A stretch of 63,952 bases of DNA, counting the filler, from Candidatus Eiseniibacteriota bacterium (GTDB taxonomy: Bacteria > Orphanbacterota > Orphanbacteria > Orphanbacterales > Orphanbacteraceae): assembly GCA_043809585.1 (NCBI GenBank). It is 4 parts of 4 records of this genome, joined end to end, with 100 filler letters (N's around TTAATTAATTAA, not from the genome) between each part and the next. Parts side by side here need not be neighbours in the genome. Positions count along the whole stretch, not along the records: positions 46,068 to 58,643 come from JBDROZ010000039.1; positions 58,744 to 63,952 come from JBDROZ010000065.1; 2 more parts are not named here. One strand, 5' to 3'. Under the pieces are notes generated by a model. It made no database searches. It was not told the DNA's origin and worked only from the letters and a program-made list of their open reading frames with translations. The translations under genes and the position numbers were made by a program. Below, in pieces: positions 51,585-60,874 of the stretch; the first letter of the stretch is position 1; every line of letters begins with the position of its first letter.

Positions 51585-51958
51585 GCCCACGCCAGGATCT
51601 TTCCGAGAGAGACGAGGATGATCGCCCCCTGGACGGCCAGAAACCGTCCCGGGAGGGCGCGGCCGTGCGTCTTCCCGTGCCCGGGGAAGTACTTCCGCCG
51701 GAGCGGGAGCAGATGCTCCAAATCGGGCAGCGCCGCCCCCGCGGCCCCCCAGAAGACGCCGGAGGGACCGGTAAACGCCAAGAGCGCGGCCAATCCGCTT
51801 AATGTCAGAATGGTATCGATCCACGTTTGTTTGAAATCCCAATGGGGTACCAGATCCAGGGGAAGGTGGGAGGCCGTCCCCAAGAGGAATGACGCGGGAG
51901 CGCCGAGCCCGAAGGAGCCGATCATTCCGCCCACCGCCGCATGGGTGATCGTCGTCAT
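51581..51958 (-). CDS. Small membrane protein, metal-dependent hydrolase-like (YdjM/LexA-binding type)
   Basis: THAAVG, SHLPLDLVPHWD, LPDLEH, HG motifs within hydrophobic helices. Confidence 0.6.
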   Translation of the reverse strand: MTTITHAAVGGMIGSFGLGAPASFLLGTASHLPLDLVPHWDFKQTWIDTILTLSGLAALLAFTGPSGVFWGAAGAALPDLEHLLPLRRKYFPGHGKTHGRALPGRFLAVQGAIILVSLGKILAWA

Positions 51959-52146
51959 CCCGTCCCGCCCGGCGCATTCGCGCCCCGTGCTCTCGGCGGC
52001 GATGAGCCATTCCGGTTTTGAAGATGCAAGAACCGTACCCCGAGGCCGATTCCTGAGAAAAGGCGATCTTGTCTTGGCTCAACGAGTTGAAGGACCAAAA
52101 CCATGGGATCTCCCCGGTGTCTGTCCCCTCCAGGGAACATCTGTCA

Positions 52147-53121
52147 TCACCGGGAGACGCCGCCTGGTTCTTCGAAGACCCCCATTTCGCGGTACTTCAC
52201 CGACCTCTCCTCGAGAAGGCGGTCCAAGGGTCTCGCGCAAACCTCTTCGAGGGAGCGGCGGAGCGCCTCCCGCACCGATTCGGCGGCCGACGCGATATCC
52301 CTGTGGGCCCCTCCGAGAGGCTCGGGGATTATCCCATCGATGATGTTCAGCTCCTGGAGATCGGGGGCGGTGATCTTGAGGGCTTCCGCCGCCCGCTCCG
52401 CCATGGCCCGGTCGGACCAGAGGATCGCCGCGCACCCTTCGGGAGAGATCACCGAGTAGATGGCGTTCTCCATCATGAGGACCCGGTCCGCGACCGCGAT
52501 GGCGAGGGCGCCGCCGCTTCCCCCCTCGCCGATGATGATCGCGATGATCGGCGTCCTGAGGCGGGACATGGCGAGGATGTTCTCGGCGATGGCGGTCGCC
52601 TGGCCCCGCTCCTCCGCGCCGATGCCGGGGTAGGCCCCCTGGGTGTCGACGAAGGTGACCACGGGGAGATGGAACTTCTCCGCCATTCGGAAGAGTCGGA
52701 GCGCTTTCCGGTAGCCCTCCGGATGGACGCACCCGAAATTGCGCTTCACTTTCTCCGTGGTGTCCCGCCCCTTCTGCTGGCCCACGAGCACGATCTTCCG
52801 CCCCTCGAAAGTGGCGAGGCCCACGACCATCGCCCCGTCGTCGGAGAAGAGCCGGTCGCCGTGGAGCTCGATGAACTCGTCCATCAGGCGGCCCACATAG
52901 TCGAGGGTGTACGGCCGGAGGGGATGGCGGGCGAGCTGCACGCGCTGCCAACGGCTGAGGCGGCTGAAGACGTCCTTGCGGAGCCTGTCCGCCTTCCTTT
53001 CGAGCTTCCGGAGCTCGTCGGCGACCTCGATCCGCTCCTGCTTGGCGAGCTGCCGGAGATCGTCGATCCTCTTCTCCAGCTCGTCGATCGGCTTCTCGAA
53101 GTCGAGAGATCCCTCGGCCAT
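52147..53121 (-). CDS. accA: Acetyl-CoA carboxylase carboxyltransferase alpha subunit
   Basis: LDFEKPI, ARHPLRPY, ELHGDR, PEGYRKALR, DTQGAYPGIGAEERGQ, GEGGSGGALA, VISPEGCAAILW. Confidence 0.97.
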   Translation of the reverse strand: MAEGSLDFEKPIDELEKRIDDLRQLAKQERIEVADELRKLERKADRLRKDVFSRLSRWQRVQLARHPLRPYTLDYVGRLMDEFIELHGDRLFSDDGAMVVGLATFEGRKIVLVGQQKGRDTTEKVKRNFGCVHPEGYRKALRLFRMAEKFHLPVVTFVDTQGAYPGIGAEERGQATAIAENILAMSRLRTPIIAIIIGEGGSGGALAIAVADRVLMMENAIYSVISPEGCAAILWSDRAMAERAAEALKITAPDLQELNIIDGIIPEPLGGAHRDIASAAESVREALRRSLEEVCARPLDRLLEERSVKYREMGVFEEPGGVSR

Positions 53122-53166
53122 CCGTCCTCTCCTCGGGGGAGGCCCCGGAAACCGGCCCGGGCCGGA

Positions 53167-53958
53167 CTAGAAGTAGTCGGTGTAAACGATCTTGAGTTCC
53201 CGGCTCCACTCGCCCGGGTTCCACTCGAAGTCGTCGAAACTCTCGCCGTTCTCGAGGAGGTTCCTGAAGTCCGCCTCCAGGGCGAGGGCGTCCGAAACCC
53301 GCCAGAGCAGGGCGGCGTTCAAATAACCCTTCCCCTCGCCGAACACGCCGTTGTCCGCATTGTCGTTCACCGCGGCGTCGTATTCGAGGAGGAGATCGAG
53401 GGAGGGATGAATCGACTTCTCCAGCCCGAAGAAGAAGTTCACCTCCTCGTCGTCATCCTCCCGCTCGAGGCTGTAGTTCACCCCTCCGTGGAGGCCGAGG
53501 TCGCCGAGAAAGACGAAGTGCTTGCTGGCCACGGCGTAGAACCCCCGGGACTTCACCTGGTACCGGCCGTTCTCGGAATCCCAGAAGCCGTAGCCTTGGG
53601 AGTCATACCCGAGGGCGACGGCCGGCCCGGCGTACGACTCGCGAATCAGCAGTCCCCGGAAGATGAACTCGACCCGCGGGTTCCAGTCCGGATCCCCGGT
53701 GCCGAGCAGGTTGGTCCCGCCGAAGGAAAACCCGAAATGGACGGCGTCCCGGAGCCCCACCCGAAGACGGAAGAGCACGCCCCCCCCTGAGTAGAGCCGA
53801 AGGCCCGTGTCGTAGGCCGCGTGGGGCATGGCGGTCGCCGTGGGCGTGTCGATCAGGTCGATGGCGTCCATCACCTGGGCCCCCCCGGCGGAGACGACGA
53901 GGAGCAAGGGGAGAAGCGCGAGCAGGAGGGGCCTGCGGAACGGGCGGATCACGGTCAC
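53167..53958 (-). CDS. YjbH-like outer-membrane beta-barrel protein
   Basis: Signal peptide; LIDTPTA start motif; GFYAVASK, HGGVNYS, EYD, YLNA; aromatic terminal YF. Confidence 0.65.
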   Translation of the reverse strand: MTVIRPFRRPLLLALLPLLLVVSAGGAQVMDAIDLIDTPTATAMPHAAYDTGLRLYSGGGVLFRLRVGLRDAVHFGFSFGGTNLLGTGDPDWNPRVEFIFRGLLIRESYAGPAVALGYDSQGYGFWDSENGRYQVKSRGFYAVASKHFVFLGDLGLHGGVNYSLEREDDDEEVNFFFGLEKSIHPSLDLLLEYDAAVNDNADNGVFGEGKGYLNAALLWRVSDALALEADFRNLLENGESFDDFEWNPGEWSRELKIVYTDYF

Positions 53959-54110
53959 CTCCTCACGAATCGGGGCCGGCCTCGATCTCGTAGCGGCCCA
54001 TCCGGACGGTCGGGCGCCGGATGAGGAACGGGCCCGGCCGGCCGAGGGGATTCCAGGGGCCGGAGAGTATCAGACGGCGAAAGGCCTGTCAACACGGGAG
54101 AAAGGACCTC

Positions 54111-55121
54111 TCAGCCTCCACGGCGGGCGCCATCGGAGGAGATCTCGAGGTCGGGACCGCCCCCCGAAAGCCGCAGAACGGCCCTCATCCCGAGGCCGCG
54201 GTGGGGGACGGCGGCGTGGTATCGGACCAGCCTCCCCCCGAAGGACTCCTTGAAGCGGGAGATGGTCGGGTGGTTCACGCCGAGAAAGTCGAATTCCTCG
54301 ATCCCTTCCTCCGCGAGCCGGAGAAGGGCCTGGAACTGCAGATAGGGGGCGTCCCCCCCACCGGCCCGCTCCCTGTCGAGCCCGCTTTCGAGGGAGTAGG
54401 CCCGGCGGCCCCGGAGCCCGGTGAGAAGACTGGCGACCACGGTCCCCCCCCGGCGGAGTTCGAAGAGGCGCCCCCGGCCGGAGGCGATCACCCACCGAAC
54501 CAGTTCGCGTCCATTCTCGCGGGAAAGAGGGAACTTCTTGTTTTGGCTTCGGTAACTGGAAAGAACGAGGGCGGAGTGGGCCTCCGGATCCTCCGTCGTC
54601 CGAACCTCGGCGTCTCCATCGGCGGCCCTGCGAACCCGGCGTTTCTGGGATCGCTCGAGTCCGGCGAGGAGCCCCTCCTCGTCCGCGCCGGCGAGATGGA
54701 GCCGGAGGGTGTAGCGGTAGGCGAGGTCCCATCGCTCCCTCCTGTAGGCCCGGAGGTCCTCCTCGCCCGGGGGGGGAAGAAGGAAGACGAGAGGATGGCG
54801 GCGGGCGATCCAGGGGAGGATGTCCCGGAGGACCCGGGTCCGGCTCTCCCGGGTCACGACCTCCAAATAGGGCTGAAGGTGGGGGGGCGTGGCGACCCGG
54901 AGCCCCATTCGCCTTCGCACGGGGAGCGCCACCCCCCCGAGAAGGTGCCCCGCCCGGAACGCCCCGACGATCTCCGCTTCCCCCCCGACGGCGGCGGCGA
55001 CATGATCGATCCAGTCGCGGGCGGCGAAATACGGCTCCCGCGCCGCTTCCTCGACCAGCTCGTCCCACTGGGGGCGTTCGCCCGATTCCAGGAGGCGGAC
55101 GCCGTCGCCGCCGGTCACCAC
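54111..55121 (-). CDS. FemAB-like GNAT acyltransferase
   Basis: QWDELV, RYTLRLHL, KRRVRRA, FDFLGVNHPTISRFKESFGGRLVRY. Confidence 0.8.
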   Translation of the reverse strand: MVTGGDGVRLLESGERPQWDELVEEAAREPYFAARDWIDHVAAAVGGEAEIVGAFRAGHLLGGVALPVRRRMGLRVATPPHLQPYLEVVTRESRTRVLRDILPWIARRHPLVFLLPPPGEEDLRAYRRERWDLAYRYTLRLHLAGADEEGLLAGLERSQKRRVRRAADGDAEVRTTEDPEAHSALVLSSYRSQNKKFPLSRENGRELVRWVIASGRGRLFELRRGGTVVASLLTGLRGRRAYSLESGLDRERAGGGDAPYLQFQALLRLAEEGIEEFDFLGVNHPTISRFKESFGGRLVRYHAAVPHRGLGMRAVLRLSGGGPDLEISSDGARRGG

Positions 55122-55954
55122 GGCTTTCCCCCCTCCCGGTGAACCCGGGCGTGAGGGACGAGTCGGAGCGGTTCGATGCGGCCCGAGCCGAACCACTCGT
55201 TCCAGGGGTCGCCGACGAGAAAGATCTCCTTCTTGCCCTTCGCATCCGGCAGGAACGCGATGGCCCGGGCGACGTCGATCCGCTGTTGCCGGTCGAGGCG
55301 GCCTCTCGCCCCACCGGGGATCAACGGGTAGAGGCGCCGCTCGTCGTGAAGAAGGTGGACGGGAATCCGGGCGGCCCCCGCCTCGATCGTATACCGGCGC
55401 CCGTAACCCCGGTCGATGGAGAGACGAACGAGGAGGTCTTCCTGGCGGGACGGATCCGCCTCGGCCCGTATGCCCGTCGGGCTCTCCTCCTGGGGGAGAT
55501 CGAGGACGAAGGCGTACCGGGGCTCGACCCGCCAGCCGGCCCAGGAGAACGCCCGAAGGTCCGTGACCGCCGGGGGAAGATCGAGAACGAGCCGGCCGTA
55601 AGTCTTCGAAAGCCGGTCCGCGAGGGCCCCGATGACGGCGACGCCTTCCGGAACGAGGCGCGCCGGGGCGAGCTTCGGCCGCGGGAAAAGATGAAACGAG
55701 AAGAGAGGGAGGGGAGCGCGGCGCGGGCGGAGACGCCGGCGGGCCCGCTCCTCCTCCAGGATGGCGGCGCCGGCGGCGAGTTCCCCCCCCGCCCGGCAGA
55801 GATAGAGGGACCACGAGCAGCCGAGGGCGGAGGCGAGGGTCTCGAGCCAGCCGGTCCGGGAGAAGAGATAACCGTCCCGGGCCGGATCGTGTGCGGCGTT
55901 CCACTCGTCGATCCGCTCCGGATCGGTCGCCCGAATCACTTCGAGGTGCGCCAT
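55115..55954 (-). CDS. Divergent FemAB/GNAT-like protein
   Basis: DEWNA...LFSRTGWL, DLRAFSWAGWRVEPRYAFVLDL resemble the N-terminal half of the neighbour; overlaps both neighbours closely. Confidence 0.55.
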   Translation of the reverse strand: MAHLEVIRATDPERIDEWNAAHDPARDGYLFSRTGWLETLASALGCSWSLYLCRAGGELAAGAAILEEERARRRLRPRRAPLPLFSFHLFPRPKLAPARLVPEGVAVIGALADRLSKTYGRLVLDLPPAVTDLRAFSWAGWRVEPRYAFVLDLPQEESPTGIRAEADPSRQEDLLVRLSIDRGYGRRYTIEAGAARIPVHLLHDERRLYPLIPGGARGRLDRQQRIDVARAIAFLPDAKGKKEIFLVGDPWNEWFGSGRIEPLRLVPHARVHREGGKPW

Positions 55955-55961
55955 CGCGGGC

Positions 55962-56648
55962 CTACCCGTCCACCCCTCCGGGATCGTCCCCGCCGAAAAG
56001 GCCCCGGAGGCGGTCGCGGAGGTTCCCCCGCCGTTCGGGCCCGGGCAGGATCGGGCGGCCGCCGCGCACCCGGTCCAGGAATTCCGCCGGCGAGTCGTAG
56101 GGACCGATTTCCATGAGCACCCGCCCGAGTTCCGGGGGGAGGTGGGCGTCCGAGCCGAAGACCGGGACGAGACCCCACTCCTCCCCGTATCGGGCGGCCC
56201 GGACGTTGTCTTCTTCGTGCAGGACCCGGCCGTTCCACACCTCGAACAGATCGATCAGGCCCGAGCAGCGATCGATCGCCTCCTTGAAGAGACGGGTCTT
56301 TCGCTTCCGGTCGAAGGGATGGGGGATGTACACCAGCCCCCCCTGTTCGTGGATCGCCTCCATGGTCTCCTCCGGCGACAGGCCGGGAGGGACCGGGCGC
56401 TCGAGGAAGAGGCCGATCACGTCGCCGAAAGCGGTCGAGATCTCTTCCCCCACGATGACCTTCACTTCCTTCCGGTCCCGGAGACGGAGGGCCCCCTCGA
56501 TCGTGTCGTGGTCGGTGACGGCGAACACGTCCACGTCCCGCTCCGCGGCGATCCTCTCGATGTCCTCGAGATTGTTGCCCGAATCGTCGGACCAGCGGGT
56601 GTGCATGTGTAGTTCGACGCGGAGAATCACGTCCGGGTCGTAGCTCAT
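55962..56648 (-). CDS. PHP-domain metal-dependent phosphoesterase
   Basis: LHMHTRWSDDS, AVTDHD, GEEI, IPHPF, EVWNGR, GSDAH. Confidence 0.9.
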   Translation of the reverse strand: MSYDPDVILRVELHMHTRWSDDSGNNLEDIERIAAERDVDVFAVTDHDTIEGALRLRDRKEVKVIVGEEISTAFGDVIGLFLERPVPPGLSPEETMEAIHEQGGLVYIPHPFDRKRKTRLFKEAIDRCSGLIDLFEVWNGRVLHEEDNVRAARYGEEWGLVPVFGSDAHLPPELGRVLMEIGPYDSPAEFLDRVRGGRPILPGPERRGNLRDRLRGLFGGDDPGGVDG

Positions 56649-57245
56649 CGTTCCGATCCCTCTCATTCGACCATCATCTCGAGGAGTGTATACTCTCCCC
56701 AGTCGACCTACCTGACTTTTTTCTCCGGACGACGCGGCCCGCGCCCGGGAGAAGCACGTCCTGAACACGTTCTCCGTGGGGGAGTTCACGGAGAGAATCA
56801 GGGTGAAGCGGGAGGGGTGAGAATTCAGCGCTCACGCCGAAGCAACATCTTCCTCGGACTCCTCCTCGGCACTCGGGAGCAATCGTGTTCGTGTGCTTCA
56901 TGCGTCCGGAGACGGCGGGGCGGGGAATCGGCTTCGGGAGGGATGGGGGCATAACCGGGGAGTTGTTGCCGTCCTTCGCGACGCCTCCTCTACGAGCCCG
57001 GAGAATGGGAGGGCTATCTCCCGCCGTGCGACGAGCGTTCAAGTCTGCCCCTTCATCCCTCCCTCAGCCGCCCCCCCGTCCCGCCGACGATCGTGGCCGG
57101 CCGGAGGCTCGTCGACCGAGACCGGATACCCGCCGGAGCTGGAGCCGAGGGCGCGTGGGCGAGGGAGCATCCGGAGCGCGGAAGCGCGGAGGAACTGCCT
57201 ACAGCTTCCCCCCCCTCACTCCGAAGCCACGGGCGAGGTAGGATA

Positions 57246-57277
57246 ACGAAGACGGGGCGCCCGGGTGGGCGCCCCGT
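57246..57277 (-). terminator. Hairpin terminator after 57301-58260 gene
   Basis: ACGGGGCGCCC/GGGCGCCCCGT 11-bp stem followed by CTTCGTT on the minus strand. Confidence 0.6.
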
Positions 57278-57300
57278 TCGAGTTCGAAGGAGGATCGGGC

Positions 57301-58260
57301 TTACCGGAACAGCGTCTTCACGCCGCCCCAGGAACCTTCCTCGGTCGAGGTGGTGCAGCACCCGGTCACGGACCCGTAGAGGGTGCCGGTGCCGGCCGAG
57401 CTCGAACTCCAGCCGTCGACGATCAGGTAGTAGGTCCCGCCCGCGACGCTCGTGTAAACGATGCACTCCGGATTCCCGCTGTCGTCACCCGCGACGCAGC
57501 TGTTCACCGGATCGGCGCAGTCGGTGATCAGGTAGATCGACCCGTCGAAGTAAGGGCTCGGGTTCATGCAGGCGTCGAGCGTTCCGCCCGGCTCCAGGCA
57601 AACCACGTAGACCAGATCCGGGCCCTGCGCGGAGTATCCCGTGCAGCCGCCCGAGCCGGGATCGTAGTCGTTCGTCGCGAGCGCGGTGTTGAAGGCGAGG
57701 TTGAACGAACCGTCGAAGCGCTTCTCACCGGCCACGGCGCACAGGTCGATGGCCGTCTCGCACACGTCGTTCTCCGGCGGAGCGCAGGAGACGCAGTTCA
57801 CGGTGAGCGTGAAGGCGCTCTGGGCCCCGTTGTATCCGTCCACCACGAGGTAGTAGGTGCCCGGATCGAGGCAGGAGCTGGTCATCGAGTTGTCGCCGTA
57901 ATTGATGCAGCTGTTCTCGTCACAGCTCGTGAGCAGGAACATGTCGAGATCGCCCGTCATGCCGGAGAGGGCGGCGGTGACGATCGACGCCTCGGTGAGG
58001 GTCAGCGTGTAGACGACCTCGCCGCCCGACTCGTTCCAGCTGACGCAGCTGTAGGCGCTGGCCGTGCTCGGGATGCCCGTGTTGTTGCCGGTGACGACGT
58101 CGCCGCAGGAGATCGGGGTCGCGCCGCTGCAGTCGAGGGCGCGAATGCCCTGCCCGTCCGGAGGAACGGTCTCGGCCAGGAGCTTCTTCTCCGCCGACTC
58201 GGCAAAGGCCATGCCGGCAACCAGAAGAAGGGCCGTGGTACACAGTAGTACTTTCCGCAT
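57301..58260 (-). CDS. Secreted Cys-rich protein with two PPC-like beta-sandwich modules and C-terminal SWGGVKTLFR motif
   Basis: AAGGAG RBS; signal peptide; two GTYYL(V/I)VDG modules; ends TTSTEEGSWGGVKTLFR; strong codon bias. Confidence 0.85.
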   Translation of the reverse strand: MRKVLLCTTALLLVAGMAFAESAEKKLLAETVPPDGQGIRALDCSGATPISCGDVVTGNNTGIPSTASAYSCVSWNESGGEVVYTLTLTEASIVTAALSGMTGDLDMFLLTSCDENSCINYGDNSMTSSCLDPGTYYLVVDGYNGAQSAFTLTVNCVSCAPPENDVCETAIDLCAVAGEKRFDGSFNLAFNTALATNDYDPGSGGCTGYSAQGPDLVYVVCLEPGGTLDACMNPSPYFDGSIYLITDCADPVNSCVAGDDSGNPECIVYTSVAGGTYYLIVDGWSSSSAGTGTLYGSVTGCCTTSTEEGSWGGVKTLFR

Positions 58261-58501
58261 TCGATACTCCTTTCCGTCTCCCGTCTTCCCGAGGGAGACC
58301 CTCCAATGAAATACCCGAGCCCCATCACCGTGGGGAAAGCGACAAGCCTACGGCGAACCGGCCGTTCTCGCGCGCGGGACGGCCGGCCCGGCTCCGTCGG
58401 GCGCACCCGGCGGCAACGAACGCTCTCTTCCCAAGACCGACGGACGGAGACCCGCCCCTGCCCCTCGGGGGGAGAGGGTCTCACGCCATTGACACTCGAG
58501 G

Positions 58502-58530
58502 ATGGTAGCATGGTCATGCAGGCAAATCAA
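58502..58530 (-). promoter_or_regulatory. sigma70 promoter for SWG-tailed protein gene
   Basis: Minus strand TTGATT-17 nt-TACCAT with extended -10 TG. Confidence 0.55.
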
Positions 58531-58643
58531 TCATTTTCCTGGAGTTTCGCCGGCCCGGCGAAGGACGGACCCGGAAGGGCTCGGCGCCTCGGTCCCGGCG
58601 GCGAACGGGCGAAGGGGCGCTACGGGAGGGCGGCCGCCGAGGA

Positions 58644-58743
58644 NNNNNNNNNNNNNNNNNNNNNNNNNNNNNNNNNNNNNNNNNNNNTTAATTAATTAAN
58701 NNNNNNNNNNNNNNNNNNNNNNNNNNNNNNNNNNNNNNNNNNN
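58644..58743. other. Artificial contig linker
   Basis: 100 nt of N with TTAATTAATTAA. Confidence 0.99.
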
Positions 58744-59347
58744 CTGCCCACCCCGTTCCAGTCGCCAGATTGCCGGTAAGAACGCAGGAGTCGAGGTCAC
58801 CTTTCCCGTACTCCCAGGGGAAGGCTGTACCCCCACCCCTGTTCGCAGTGTTTCCAGAAACCACACATCTGCGCAGGTAAGCAATTGCCTCGGGCCATCC
58901 ACCCAGGCAGACCCCCCCTCCAACCTCCGCGGTATTGTTCACAAGCCAGCAGTCGAGCGCCCTTGGCCTTCCAGATCTGATCCACATTCCCCCGCCGTAC
59001 GTCGCGTTCCCGTTTCGGACCGTGAAGCCCTGGATAACCGTTGCTTCGTCTTCGGAGTTGTGAATGTAGAAGCCTCGACCGGATCCCTCGCAATCGATGA
59101 TCGTGCCCTCAGGGCCGTTCTGGGACCGGACGACGAGGCTCTTGCCGTTGAAGTCGAGGTCCTTGTTGCCGAGCCCGGTGTACGTTCCGTCATGCACGAG
59201 CACCGTATCGCCCGCCGCCGCCGAGTCGATCCCCGCCTGGATCGTCGGGGCGTCGCCGGAGCCGTCGGGGAGAATGTGCCAGGTGCGGGCGAGGGGGGAG
59301 GAGGCGAAGAGGAGGAGGGCGGCCGCGACCATGGGGATTCGACTCAC
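58744..59347 (-). CDS. Secreted beta-helix repeat protein, 3'-truncated by contig edge
   Basis: AAGGAGG RBS; RTWHILPDGSGDAPTIQAGIDSAAAGDTVLVHDGTYTGLGNKDLDFNGK; N-x-A..GGG repeats. Confidence 0.85.
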
Positions 59348-59360
59348 GATTGCCTCCTTC

Positions 59361-60749
59361 TCACCGAACGAGGATGACGCGCTTCGTGTCGGTGAACGCC
59401 CGGTCGGAGACGCGGACGAAGTAGACGCCGGGGCCGACGTCGCGTCCCGAGGCGTCCTTCCCGTCCCAGAGGGCGTTCCCTTCTCTGCCCGGCGCGGCCA
59501 GCACGCGCACCAAGCGCCCCGCGATGTCGAACACCTGGATCGTCGATGGCCCGGTCGCCGCGCGCCCGTACCGAATCGTTAACGCTCCGCCGCTCGGGTT
59601 CGGGGAGATCGCGAGTCCCGGCTGGCTGATCACATCGCCCAGCGCCACGGAGGTGTAGATATCGCACCCCTGACCGTAGGCTCCGATGAGATAACCACCG
59701 GTCTGAGCCGGAAGGCAGGGAGACGCTGCATCGAGAGAGTAGTCTCCCTCTGCTCTCGGGGCCCCGGAGCAGTCCATGGGTTCGCAGAAGAGAGGATCCG
59801 TATCGATGCATTCCCAGAAGATGGCGTTACCCAGTACTTCCGATGCATCCACATCACACCATAGGAAGTCAGCCCAAGGTGCTTCTACAACTCCCTGGGC
59901 ACCCCAGAGGGCACAGTTGCCCCAAATGATCGATCGCTGGAACATGGCGATCCCCTCGTGCAGCCAGATCCCTCCCCCCATCTCGCTGGCGCGATTCCCC
60001 GCTACCGTCGAGTTGTACACGTCCACATGGCCCGTTTCGCTCGCGTATCCAGCGTACAGCCCTCCGGCGTGCAAAGTGGAGAGGTTTCCGGCAACCAGAC
60101 AGCTGTCCACTCGGAGGTAGTATCCTGGATCTCCATAGCAACCGATGCCCCCTCCGAAACGGCCCGTGTTCGAGGAAACCACCGACCGTCGGACGTAGAT
60201 CACGGACGGTGACAAGCCACAGATCCCCCCTCCCACCTGAGGGCAGGAGTTGCCGACGATCAGACATTCATCGATTCGGACCTCCTCGGACCAGACGATG
60301 ATCCCGCCACCACTGTTGTAGGCAGTATTGTCAAGGATCCAGCATTCACGGATGGTGGCCTGGTCATCGACCCGAATGCCGCCCCCATTCCCCGCAACCC
60401 CATTCCGAATCGTGAAGCCCTCGACCATGGCTTCGTATCCCTCACCGCCATGCAGCCAAATCCCGCGGCCCGTCTCTTCGCAGTCAATCACAGTCGATGC
60501 AGGTCCAGAAGCGGACTTCAGGACAATGTTCTTGCCGTGGAATTCGAGCTCCTTGTTGCCGGGCCCGGTGTACGTTCCGTCATGCACGAGGACCGTGTCG
60601 CCCACCGCAGCCGAATCGATCCCAGCCTGGATCGTCGGGGCGTCGCCGGAGCCGTCGACGGTCACGTGCCACGTCCGCGCATCGGCCGTCCGGCAAGCGA
60701 AGAGAACGAAGAGAGCGGAAAGAAGCAAGGTCGAACGGGAAGCACGCAT
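59361..60749 (-). CDS. Secreted beta-helix repeat protein with FlgD-Ig/T9SS-type CTD
   Basis: GGAGG RBS; RTWHVTVDGSGDAPTIQAGIDSA; GGGI repeats; DPLFC...SPCLP; SPNP...WDGKDASG..VGPGVYFVR...KRVILVR. Confidence 0.87.
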   Translation of the reverse strand: MRASRSTLLLSALFVLFACRTADARTWHVTVDGSGDAPTIQAGIDSAAVGDTVLVHDGTYTGPGNKELEFHGKNIVLKSASGPASTVIDCEETGRGIWLHGGEGYEAMVEGFTIRNGVAGNGGGIRVDDQATIRECWILDNTAYNSGGGIIVWSEEVRIDECLIVGNSCPQVGGGICGLSPSVIYVRRSVVSSNTGRFGGGIGCYGDPGYYLRVDSCLVAGNLSTLHAGGLYAGYASETGHVDVYNSTVAGNRASEMGGGIWLHEGIAMFQRSIIWGNCALWGAQGVVEAPWADFLWCDVDASEVLGNAIFWECIDTDPLFCEPMDCSGAPRAEGDYSLDAASPCLPAQTGGYLIGAYGQGCDIYTSVALGDVISQPGLAISPNPSGGALTIRYGRAATGPSTIQVFDIAGRLVRVLAAPGREGNALWDGKDASGRDVGPGVYFVRVSDRAFTDTKRVILVR

Positions 60750-60874
60750 CGCCTACCTCCGAAACTCCGCCGGGGCGGAACGGAACCCTCATCCTTGCTC
60801 GTCGGTGGAGATCTCCGATGCGTGATTAGTTTACCCCGGCGCCTCGGGCAAGTCAGTCCTTTTTTTTCAACCAG

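Noticed and set aside
51585-52082. N-terminal 165-aa extension of PorU in the ORF track
   Set aside because: Overlaps the small hydrolase gene; the signal peptide starts at GTG 51584.
47058-53790. Plus-strand ORFs of 534, 793, 329 and 573 aa
   Set aside because: Antisense to porV, porU, accA and the YjbH-like gene.
56650-57245. 600-nt intergenic region as possible ncRNA (6S, SRP, tmRNA)
   Set aside because: Only short hairpins; no diagnostic motifs recognised. An Rfam scan would settle it.
58744-60749. Diversity-generating retroelement as cause of paralog variability
   Set aside because: No reverse transcriptase in the window, and differences between repeats are not adenine-specific TR/VR changes.
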